A stretch of 64,000 nt of DNA, from NCBI GenBank assembly GCA_964391315.1, contig CAYMJR010000001.1, positions 141,983-205,982 of the forward strand. Reading direction: 5' to 3'. Shown one piece after another: positions 37,251-45,758 of the stretch (position 1 is its first letter; every line of letters starts with the position of its first letter). The position numbers were made by a program, and so were the translations under genes. The notes beneath the pieces were generated by a model, which searched no databases, had not been told where the DNA came from, and worked only from the letters and a program-made list of their open reading frames with translations. Source of the DNA: an uncultured Gammaproteobacteria bacterium. Lineage in GTDB: Bacteria; Patescibacteriota; Microgenomatia; Levybacterales; UBA12049.

Positions 37251-37910
37251 TTATTTTACTTTTTTCCTCAAAAATGCGCCTGCGCCAGCCATACCAAAAA
37301 GCATAGGTAATGCTGCATCTACTGGACCTGTTGAAGGTGTCTTTTTCATACCAAGAACAGGGGGAGCAACTTGCAATGGACGTTCAACACAAAATTGCGC
37401 GGCATCCTCAGCAGTCAAATCGTTTTCTGTTGCGTCAACTACGTTGGAAACACAAACATAGCCATTATCACCAAAAGCCATAGTATCAGTAACTTTAGCA
37501 ACGATATAAAAGGTTTGAGATTCTCCTGAAGCAAGATGATCAATAGTAAATGTCAGCTTGTTACTCTTGCTGTCATAATTTCCTGCTCCTGAAACATAGA
37601 CAACATTTTGAGGAAATGAATCAACAACAGTAATATTTGAAAGATTCTCATCACCAGCGTTTTGAACTACAATTTGGAAGCTAATGTTCTGGCCTATTTC
37701 ATATTTTGGATCGATGGCAGAAAGTCCATCAACAAAGTCAGAAGTTCCCGGCTTGAGAACCTTTTTATCGATGATTATTTTGGCACATGATTGAGTACTC
37801 GTGTATCCTCCACCATACATAGTAGTACAATCTGTGCCTGAAGCGTAGGCTTGCGTCACGAAGAAAAACGGCAGAGCTAACGACAAAAATGCAATATATC
37901 GGATATTCAT
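37251..37910 (-). CDS. DUF11-domain surface protein with sortase-like C-terminal signal
   Basis: Signal peptide; FQIVVQNAG..VVDSFP; TPSTG plus hydrophobic stretch plus RKKVK. Confidence 0.75.
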   Translation of the reverse strand: MNIRYIAFLSLALPFFFVTQAYASGTDCTTMYGGGYTSTQSCAKIIIDKKVLKPGTSDFVDGLSAIDPKYEIGQNISFQIVVQNAGDENLSNITVVDSFPQNVVYVSGAGNYDSKSNKLTFTIDHLASGESQTFYIVAKVTDTMAFGDNGYVCVSNVVDATENDLTAEDAAQFCVERPLQVAPPVLGMKKTPSTGPVDAALPMLFGMAGAGAFLRKKVK

Positions 37911-38041
37911 AAGCTGATCAATACTTGGCAAAAACCCCTTTTTTGCAAGCTAATAGAGTTGAGTCTAACATGTTATGGGACATCTGTCAATCTTAGATCT
38001 GAATCTAAAATGGCCAATATTGCCTCTTCAACTACAAACTC

Positions 38042-38070
38042 TTGCCAAATATTCCCTCCCCTGCTATAAT
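38042..38070 (+). promoter_or_regulatory. Promoter of rplJL
   Basis: TTGCCA-17 nt-TATAAT. Confidence 0.75.
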
Positions 38071-38078
38071 TCATATAT

Positions 38079-38121
38079 CGTCCAAAGACCGTGAGCAGAC
38101 AAATAAGTCTCACCGAGGGCC
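38079..38121 (+). ncRNA. Ribosomal protein L10 leader
   Basis: AAGAC-C-GTGAG...TAAGT-CTCAC-CGAGG kink-turn pattern upstream of rplJ. Confidence 0.8.
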
Positions 38122-38158
38122 ACAAATGAGGTTTAGATTCTCTAAACTATAATTAGTT

Positions 38159-38183
38159 AGGCACTCGCATGAGTGTCTTTTTT
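38159..38183 (+). terminator. Attenuator terminator in L10 leader
   Basis: AGGCACTC-GCAT-GAGTGTCT followed by a T-run. Confidence 0.75.
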
Positions 38184-38190
38184 ATTATTT

Positions 38191-38736
38191 ATGAACAACG
38201 ATCAAGTAAAAGTCAGTCAAAATAGACAAAAAAAAGAAGTTTTGGTAGCTGAATATACCGAAAAGGTAGAAAAAGCTAAAGGTATTGTGTTTGCAAACTA
38301 CCAAGGTCTTACCCATTTGCAGCTTGAAGCTATCAAAAAAGCAATGAAGAAAATGGATGCTGAATTTGTAGCAGCTAAAAACACTCTTCTTCTCCGAGCA
38401 CTTGATGGCAAAGTTGACGTCACAGCAGAAAAAGAAAAATTCACTCAACCAACAGCAGCTCTTTTTATCTACAACGATATCGTTGAACCAATCAAAAGTC
38501 TTGCAAAGACAATGAAAGAGCTTTCTCTTCCTGTTGTTAAATTCGGTATCTTGGAAGGTAAAGTTATCACAGATAAAGAAGTTGCCAAACTCGCAACGAT
38601 TGCTCCATTGCCTGTTCTTCGAGCACAACTTTTGGGTCAGATGAAAGCTCCTATCTCAGGACTTCATCGTGCACTTAATTGGAATTTACAAAGTTTAGTT
38701 ATGACACTTAACGCAATTAAAGCTAAAAAAGCATAA
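38191..38736 (+). CDS. rplJ: 50S ribosomal protein L10
   Basis: NYQGLT, KNTLL, precedes rplL; start set at MNNDQ. Confidence 0.93.
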   Translation: MNNDQVKVSQNRQKKEVLVAEYTEKVEKAKGIVFANYQGLTHLQLEAIKKAMKKMDAEFVAAKNTLLLRALDGKVDVTAEKEKFTQPTAALFIYNDIVEPIKSLAKTMKELSLPVVKFGILEGKVITDKEVAKLATIAPLPVLRAQLLGQMKAPISGLHRALNWNLQSLVMTLNAIKAKKA

Positions 38737-38756
38737 AAGGAGGTGAATCTTAATTT

Positions 38757-39152
38757 ATGGCAAAATTATCAAAAGAAGAATTAATGCAAGCAATCGAAGA
38801 AATGTCTGTTCTCGAACTTTCAGACTTAGTTAAAGCTCTTGAAGAGAAGTTTGGTGTTTCAGCAGCAGCTACTATGGTAGCAGCAGCACCAGCAGCAGGA
38901 GCAGCCGCTGGAGCAGCAGCTGAACCAGCTGAAGAACAAACAGTCTTTAACGTTGTTCTTGTTAACGCAGGAGCACAAAAGATTGCTGTTATTAAGGTTA
39001 TCCGAGAACTCGTTCCAACACTCGGACTTAAAGAAGCAAAAGACTTGGCAGATGCAGGAAACAAAGAAGTCCTCACCCAAGTTAATAAGAAAACAGCAGA
39101 AGAAGCTAAGGAAAAACTTACCGCAGCTGGAGCTACTGTTGAACTCAAATAA
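38757..39152 (+). CDS. rplL: 50S ribosomal protein L7/L12
   Basis: [34 protein letters not shown]. Confidence 0.97.
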   Translation: MAKLSKEELMQAIEEMSVLELSDLVKALEEKFGVSAAATMVAAAPAAGAAAGAAAEPAEEQTVFNVVLVNAGAQKIAVIKVIRELVPTLGLKEAKDLADAGNKEVLTQVNKKTAEEAKEKLTAAGATVELK

Positions 39153-39153
39153 G

Positions 39154-39212
39154 AAAAACGCTAAACCGTACTATGCTGCATAAAAACTTATCGCTAGGGT
39201 TTAGCGTTTTTT
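39154..39212 (+). terminator. Terminator-like stem after rplL
   Basis: AAAAACGCTAAACC/GGTTTAGCGTTTTT stem with a 30-nt loop. Confidence 0.6.
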
Positions 39213-39292
39213 CTTGGCAAAATCAGGTTTTCATACTTGACATCAATGTTACAGTTTGTTACTGTATATATGACTAAATCATAGTTATTTTT

Positions 39293-39508
39293 ATGGCAAA
39301 TCAAAAACAACTCTCCATTGAAACACTTCCAGATCTTCTCACTGTTCGCGAAGTTGCAGAAATTTTACGAGTCTCCCCTCTCACTATCAAACGCTGGGGC
39401 AAACGAGGCAAACTTCCTGCAATCCGCATCAATTCACGCGGTGACCGCCGCTACAAAAAAGAGGCTGTATTATGGTTACTCGGCATACAGCAGAAATCTA
39501 CCGTCTAA
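39293..39508 (+). CDS. BldC/excisionase-like (HTH_17, MerR superfamily) DNA-binding protein
   Basis: LLTVREVAEILRVSPLTIKRW..GKL..IR...GDRRY. Confidence 0.85.
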   Translation: MANQKQLSIETLPDLLTVREVAEILRVSPLTIKRWGKRGKLPAIRINSRGDRRYKKEAVLWLLGIQQKSTV

Positions 39509-40536
39509 CAGACTACAAAAAAATCCGGAATAATTTCCTTGATGAACTTATCCGTGCCTCTAAAGATCAGCCAAGCAGCATCTCATATATCCGTCACACA
39601 TTTCCGAAAAAAATTATCATCAAACCAGGCCTTGTCCAAGCTATTGTCATCGGTGGAACTAATTTTATTGTGAGCATTGCAAGGCTTTCTCAAAACGGAA
39701 CTCTTAAAGAACTACAAAAAGAACGAAAACAAGGCAGAACTCCTACCTTTTCTGATGCAACAACCTTTCTCAAATTTATTAAAAAATATCTTAACCCTCA
39801 AGCAACAGCGCTCGCTATCAATTTCGCCTACAAACTTGATCCACACAATGGAAAATTTGGAGAAGTTGACGGTATTCTGACTATTGGAACAAAAGAACAC
39901 CTTTTTGAAGGATTAATCGGCAAACCAATCGGCGAAACAATCAGACAATACATCAAACGAGATATACCGATCACAGTGGTCAATGATACAGTCTGCCTTG
40001 GAAAAAATGGTCTTGTTGTCGGATCTGGTTGTAATTTTTCTCTTGAAAGTGTCAATCTCGAAGCAGGAAATTTCAACAAATTTCCCGCAACTTCTGAGCT
40101 TGAAACGATTGATAAACGATCTGCTAATCCTGGTGGACACCGCTTTGAGAAAATGATTTCAGGCACCTATCTCCCCTTTCACTTCAATCTTCTTGCCAAA
40201 AAATATGATCTTAAAGGTGTACGTGTTGCAGATGGCAAGGAATTATCAGACTATGCAGAACATGATAAAGGACCGGCTGGCGACCTCGCACGAATGCTTC
40301 TTCTCCGTTCTGCTTCTCTTGTCGCCTGCGCACTTGCGGCAGCCTATCAATTTTTGAATAAAAAAACACTGACATTCACAACCGAAGGCAGTATGTTCTG
40401 GCAAGGATTTGCATTTGATAAAAACGTAAGAGAACAACTGATCAAGCTTGGCGTTCCGAAAGGAGCAATCCGCTTCAAAAAAATGGAAGACAGCTCTCTG
40501 CAAAGCGCGTTCACCCTCCTCACCCGCACGAAATAA
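39472..40536 (+). CDS. Hexokinase-like sugar kinase (compact)
   Basis: IGGTNF, NFAY, TKE, VVNDTV, VGSGCN, NLEAG, FEKMISG.YL, EGS. Confidence 0.75.
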   Translation: MVTRHTAEIYRLTDYKKIRNNFLDELIRASKDQPSSISYIRHTFPKKIIIKPGLVQAIVIGGTNFIVSIARLSQNGTLKELQKERKQGRTPTFSDATTFLKFIKKYLNPQATALAINFAYKLDPHNGKFGEVDGILTIGTKEHLFEGLIGKPIGETIRQYIKRDIPITVVNDTVCLGKNGLVVGSGCNFSLESVNLEAGNFNKFPATSELETIDKRSANPGGHRFEKMISGTYLPFHFNLLAKKYDLKGVRVADGKELSDYAEHDKGPAGDLARMLLLRSASLVACALAAAYQFLNKKTLTFTTEGSMFWQGFAFDKNVREQLIKLGVPKGAIRFKKMEDSSLQSAFTLLTRTK

Positions 40537-40622
40537 GGTTTTTTCTGTCAGATTCTTGTCAAGATATACTCTGGGCTTAACCATATAATAGCTTTTTATT
40601 TCGCTCCTGCCCCAGAAAACAT

Positions 40623-41792
40623 ATGCCATTATTTTCAATTGAACAAAGACCTAGTGCACCACACTTGTTAAGAGAACGACGACCAATTCCTCTAATTTTG
40701 GATACCCAAGTAGATGCATTTCATAAAGACTCTCTCCACATGTCCTCTGGCGGACGTTTTAACCCTACACTTGCTCAGCATGTCTTACAACAAAATGAAG
40801 GAAAAGATGTGATTGGAATTGATATGGGTGGTGGAAAAGCAACAGTTATTCCTTTTACGGTAAGAAAAGGTATTCTTGTACCTGATGAATCAAGACAAAA
40901 AACTGTTTTGAGAAAGGACAACCCTGCAGGTTATTTATCTTTGTTGCAAGAAATTGGTGAAGAAGCAGACGAAAAAGGAATACCAATTGGTGTTTCAAGC
41001 GCAGGAGTAATTAAAGGAACGCAACTTCTAGAAACACCTAATATGCCTGCTTTCTTAAAAGAACTACAAGAAAAATTTGGTGGAGATTTTAAGAGACTTC
41101 TTCCAAGTGTCGCTGCTGTGAGAAATGATGCTGTAGCAGCAATTATACCGGCAATTATGCATGCCTTAAACGAAGGATTACTTCCCAAAGGAGAAGGTGA
41201 AATTATTGGAATGGAACCAGGACATGTTCGCCTCCTTCTCGACCATCTGCAACGACCACTCCAATATGCTATTCCTAATAAACCTTGTGGCATGTTTGGA
41301 CAAGAATTTGTCTGTGTTGAACAAGTGGTTGGAGGCGTCGCAGGGATTGAATCTCTATGGGAACAAACAACAGGACTACCGCTTGATGGAGAAAAAATCA
41401 GTGAACTTTATCACGAACATGGAGACCGATTGGCAACTGCATTGTATGATACATCTGCAACTTTCTTAGCAACAGCAATCAAAGGTATGGGCAAAGCGCT
41501 TGGACTAAGCGGTAAAGACGCTAAATCAGGACTAATCTTACCAATTATCGGAGGCGGTTTTGGAGGGGCAGGTTTTGTCATGGACGTTCCACGTTCTGAA
41601 AATAGCCATGATCTAAACGTTACTTTTCACGGTTCAGTTAATAAAGTACCTGATTATATGACGCGAACTGAGCTAGTTCTCGGACAAGACGGAACTCCGA
41701 TAAATCCTTCTTTTACCGGAGATTTTAGCCTTAATTCAGGAGCAGAAGGAGCAGCACTTGCCGCATTAATGGCACTAAGTAGCCCTAATTAA
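40623..41792 (+). CDS. ROK/hexokinase-like sugar kinase
   Basis: GIDMGG, GVSSAG, PN, NDA, EPGH, C...C.E, GAEGAA. Confidence 0.75.
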   Translation: MPLFSIEQRPSAPHLLRERRPIPLILDTQVDAFHKDSLHMSSGGRFNPTLAQHVLQQNEGKDVIGIDMGGGKATVIPFTVRKGILVPDESRQKTVLRKDNPAGYLSLLQEIGEEADEKGIPIGVSSAGVIKGTQLLETPNMPAFLKELQEKFGGDFKRLLPSVAAVRNDAVAAIIPAIMHALNEGLLPKGEGEIIGMEPGHVRLLLDHLQRPLQYAIPNKPCGMFGQEFVCVEQVVGGVAGIESLWEQTTGLPLDGEKISELYHEHGDRLATALYDTSATFLATAIKGMGKALGLSGKDAKSGLILPIIGGGFGGAGFVMDVPRSENSHDLNVTFHGSVNKVPDYMTRTELVLGQDGTPINPSFTGDFSLNSGAEGAALAALMALSSPN

Positions 41793-42703
41793 ACGCTCTT
41801 CAAATATTCCGCTTGGTGTTCTCCCTTAATCTTTTCATGATTTGGTTTCCAGAAATGTTCCTTGAGGAACATAAATGTCTCTTTCGGATCTTGTGTATTA
41901 ACGATCACATTGGTACCCACCTCAAAGCCGCCAAGAATTTTTAATCGTGGAATAAGCCGGAAATACCAATTTTTTCCAGGAGCGATATAAAAATTGAAAG
42001 GAAATTCATAGCCATGCCGCACATCTAAAATCTGAATGACACGTGAGATAACAAATGCCATATCTGTCACTTCTGCATCTGTTATGGAACTAAATAATCC
42101 TCGTTGTTGCTTGGGTGCTACCCATACTTCATCCGGCCAATCAGATGTTTCTGGACAAAAAATCAAAAAATGATCTGTTTCGATAAGATGAGGTCTTTCT
42201 TTGGCCTGAGTAAATAAACCTCCGTTCTTCCCATAGATTGCAATATCCAAGGGCAAAATATCCAGATTCACATTAGTTGGTACTACCGTTAACTGCGTAT
42301 GCGGATGCGGCAGACTCTCTCCTGCACCGTGTCCTCTGTTATGAAACATATAGATCTGTCCCTCTCGCTCATGCGTTCGAAACCGCTTTTTGTAGGTGTC
42401 AAAAATAAGTTCTACTTGTTCAAAAGGCAATTCGTCAATATTTTTATGGTGATCCTGTGAATGAATAATCAACTCATGATGATACGTAAAGGGAAATTTG
42501 TTGGGGATAACCCGGATTTTCCAGTTACTATCCCCAGTCTGCCCACCAACACGGTACAGTTCTTCTTCCTGCGCCTCTTTTCCGGTACAAAATGGACACA
42601 CCGGTTCTTTCTTGCCGTTTTCATTCGTCCTTTTTGCCCGTCGTGGTGCAAGAACAACCGATTTATTGGTACCAGGATGTTTTCGAAATGCAAAATCAGC
42701 CAT
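41789..42703 (-). CDS. galT: Galactose-1-phosphate uridylyltransferase-like HIT protein
   Basis: CPFC.G.E, RVIPNKFP, GAGESLPHPHTQ, GGFE.GT. Confidence 0.8.
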   Translation of the reverse strand: MADFAFRKHPGTNKSVVLAPRRAKRTNENGKKEPVCPFCTGKEAQEEELYRVGGQTGDSNWKIRVIPNKFPFTYHHELIIHSQDHHKNIDELPFEQVELIFDTYKKRFRTHEREGQIYMFHNRGHGAGESLPHPHTQLTVVPTNVNLDILPLDIAIYGKNGGLFTQAKERPHLIETDHFLIFCPETSDWPDEVWVAPKQQRGLFSSITDAEVTDMAFVISRVIQILDVRHGYEFPFNFYIAPGKNWYFRLIPRLKILGGFEVGTNVIVNTQDPKETFMFLKEHFWKPNHEKIKGEHQAEYLKSV

Positions 42704-42759
42704 ACGTCTATTTAATCAATGATTGATGAGGAAAAGCAAGCAGAAATTAAAGAAATGAT

Positions 42760-43197
42760 CTATTTTTCCATCAGAATGGTTACCGGACCATCAAGCTTTG
42801 CATCAATTTTCATATCAGCACCAAACCTTCCTGTTGCAACTGATATCCCAAAACTCTTTATTTTTTCAACAAAATATTCATAAAGCGGTTCGGCAATTTC
42901 TGGTCGTGCTGCTTTTATAAAACTTGGACGATTCCCACCATTTGTGTCGCCGTAAAGTGTAAACTGTGAAACAATAAGCATCTCTCCATTGGCATCCTTC
43001 ACCGACAAATTCATTTTTCCCGTCCCATCATCCATAATTCGGAGTTTTGAGAGCTTTTCAGCCAGAAAATCAGCCTCAGATTTTGTATCAGGCCCTGTAA
43101 TGCCCGTAAGAACTAGGAAACCTTTGGAGATGGATGATATTACCTCTTTTTCAACCGTCACAGAAGCATTTTTCACCCGCTGAACAACAAGTTTCAT
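42760..43197 (-). CDS. dtd: D-aminoacyl-tRNA deacylase
   Basis: VQRV, SQFTL, GNRPSF, FGA.M, DGPVT. Confidence 0.95.
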   Translation of the reverse strand: MKLVVQRVKNASVTVEKEVISSISKGFLVLTGITGPDTKSEADFLAEKLSKLRIMDDGTGKMNLSVKDANGEMLIVSQFTLYGDTNGGNRPSFIKAARPEIAEPLYEYFVEKIKSFGISVATGRFGADMKIDAKLDGPVTILMEK

Positions 43198-43235
43198 AGG
43201 TGAATTATAACAAAAATAATAAACGAAGATATAAA

Positions 43236-44036
43236 TTATTTATTAAAAGGTACATATGTCGAAGGAAGTCTTTCGGAATATTCTTGACCATTCTTTACTT
43301 CCTGAACGACATATCCATCCCCATTCTTGTCTACCGTAATGACATACACACAACGAAACCCAAATATACCAAAAATATTCTCTACACGGCTTGGCATCTC
43401 GCTTTTTGCAGCATCAACATTTGGCTCACATTGTTTATACCACATACCACGATTTTCCCCAGTATCAACATCTAAATCAACTGCAGTCCTTAAGACAATG
43501 CCTGCCTCACCCATACTATTATCATTATTAAAAGTAATCCAATCTCTTTGATTTGGCAGCTTCCACCGCAATTGTTGCACTGTAGATCTGTCTGGTGTCA
43601 CAATAACAATACTTTGACGATCTTCTGCGGCATGAATTGTGTGTACTCCTGTGTTTTTATTAAATTCTCCCTCAATAGGGTTCTTTTGTACATGACAAAA
43701 AGTATCTTCTGAAGGTGTGGGACTCGGCATTAATGAACTTGAATGACTATCAGGAGCAGCAGGGAAACCTCGTGCTGCTATTGCTTTGGGAAATCGATCT
43801 GCCAAGCTAGGAGAAGGTATTGGAGAAGGACCAGAGGTATCAGGAGTGGTAGCAGCCGGAGGACGAGCTGCACTATTATTTGGATGGTATGCATCCCACG
43901 AGGCGACAGCCAATCCTCCTGCAAGGAGAAGTGAGGCACCTGCCCCTCCAACAATTGCTCCAGTTCTTTTTAAATATCTTCTTCTTTGAGCATGTCGTCC
44001 TGGTGAGGACTCTCGTGATAACTCTTTCGCCGACAT
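43236..44036 (-). CDS. Hypothetical exported protein
   Basis: RRRYLK plus hydrophobic segment, Pro/Ser linker. Confidence 0.6.
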   Translation of the reverse strand: MSAKELSRESSPGRHAQRRRYLKRTGAIVGGAGASLLLAGGLAVASWDAYHPNNSAARPPAATTPDTSGPSPIPSPSLADRFPKAIAARGFPAAPDSHSSSLMPSPTPSEDTFCHVQKNPIEGEFNKNTGVHTIHAAEDRQSIVIVTPDRSTVQQLRWKLPNQRDWITFNNDNSMGEAGIVLRTAVDLDVDTGENRGMWYKQCEPNVDAAKSEMPSRVENIFGIFGFRCVYVITVDKNGDGYVVQEVKNGQEYSERLPSTYVPFNK

Positions 44037-44402
44037 TTTCTTAAGTGTAAAGACAAAAAACCGTATTTCTATGGTAATTTCGCAAGAAATCAGTAAATAA
44101 ACTGAGATTTTTGCTGTCTGAAGCTACCGTGAGGCTAATGATACAAAAATAAGAACAGAAGTGAATTTTTATATTGAAAAATGGTTCTAATTAAACTCGC
44201 CTAATTTTAAATAATATACTACAAGATGTAAAATAAAGCTAATTAACATAAAAACACTCACAAATGGCCTTTTCGGTCATCTTAAGAGACCTTTCCCAAA
44301 TTTCTGTGAAAAGTTTTGAGTAGATAAATTGCTCAGATATATCCAGGATTTTGATTCGCGACTATAATCCTATACATTTTTCCTCTTTGATGGCCGAAAA
44401 AG

Positions 44403-44444
44403 TTATCCCAAAACCGATAAAAAGTTATCCACAAGTTGTCCCAA
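44403..44444 (+). promoter_or_regulatory. Cluster of DnaA-box-like 9-mers
   Basis: TTATCCACA (44425-44433) flanked by TTATCCCAA and TTGTCCCAA. Confidence 0.4.
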
Positions 44445-44887
44445 CTCCCCAAAATAATTCCCGAAAGATATAATATTACGGGCTTCTTTATTATCTAATA
44501 AAGATATACTTAATAATGTTGGTAGGATACTTAGTTACAGTGTCAAAGAGCTATATGGTTAAATGACTATATTATTTTGAGAGGTGATCTTCTGTCCAGG
44601 TAATGAGGTGGTTTATTTCCTTTGGCAAATCAACAAGTATACTGTAAATCACTTTATACTCATCATCTGCTAATAATTTCCTATTTTTTGCCTCTTGCAG
44701 CCCATCTAAAGCCGTCGTAAACAGAACCACAGGCATTGAATTAGAAGTTTTGCTTATCTTTCTTATGGTATCTACAAAATCCTTCAGCTATATTTGCACT
44801 AATAGAATCTCTAGAGCGAATAAATATTAATAAAAGGGTTCTTGAGGAAGTTAAACCATTTAGCTATTTGACCATATAGCCATAAAC

Positions 44888-45568
44888 CTACTTTCCGAGT
44901 ATCACCAATATATCCGCTCCTGTAGGCTTTGCCTCACCAGCTGGAAGTGGACCAACGACCCCGCCCAGGAATGTGGCCAATTGCGAAGCAACAGCAGCGT
45001 TTTTGCCTGTGAAGTCAACAACTACTGTCTTCGTATAAGTAGTTTTACTCGCATTTGCTTTCAAAGCTACAGTAGCTTTAATCCCACTGTTTTTTAGTTG
45101 ATTTTCAACAGTCGTTGCAAGACCTGACACAGTTGTCCCATTGTACAAGACAACTGTGACAGGTTGTTGTGCATTTGCCGAAGATGAAGCTTGTTGAGAA
45201 AGAGTAAGCGATGTCACTTCTACAATTTTGTCCTCTATTGGATCGTACAGAATTGCTTTTTTGGCTTTGGTATAAATAAGTACCTTATAGCCGTTTTTTG
45301 CGTTTCTGAAAAAGGACTGTCCTTGTAATTTCGTGATATCTGAGACGGTTGCGATGGTTGGCTGCTCACCCTTGGGTAGCTCCATCAGTCTGCCTACTCT
45401 TGTCACCAAATTTTGTGTCTCAACTTTCGCTGCAAGACTTGGATTTTTCAGAAGTTGTTGGGTTTTCTGATATTGAAGGTAGAAGTAAACTCCTACACAG
45501 AGAATGATGAAAGCAATGACGACAGCAATAGCTCTGACCACCATTATTTTCTTCAAAAACACCTTCAT
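44888..45568 (-). CDS. LytR C-terminal domain membrane-anchored protein
   Basis: VVLYNGTTVSGLA...ADILVILGK. Confidence 0.8.
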   Translation of the reverse strand: MKVFLKKIMVVRAIAVVIAFIILCVGVYFYLQYQKTQQLLKNPSLAAKVETQNLVTRVGRLMELPKGEQPTIATVSDITKLQGQSFFRNAKNGYKVLIYTKAKKAILYDPIEDKIVEVTSLTLSQQASSSANAQQPVTVVLYNGTTVSGLATTVENQLKNSGIKATVALKANASKTTYTKTVVVDFTGKNAAVASQLATFLGGVVGPLPAGEAKPTGADILVILGK

Positions 45569-45758
45569 ACCCTACTATAGTAGAAAACCTAGCGAGTACT
45601 GTCAAGGATCAGGCATAATTATCCACGACGATTTATGCCTTTCCTGCCTATCCTCTGCCTTGGACAACAACTTGACTAAAAGTTACTATAATAAAACAAA
45701 CTATGTTACCCCTGCTCTCCAGAGGAGAACAAAGCTATCAAAAATATGTTGTAGGCGG

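Noticed and set aside
44300-44520. Chromosomal origin oriC
   Set aside because: Only one perfect DnaA box, no dnaA/dnaN nearby, no obvious skew inversion by eye; kept only as a low-interest finding
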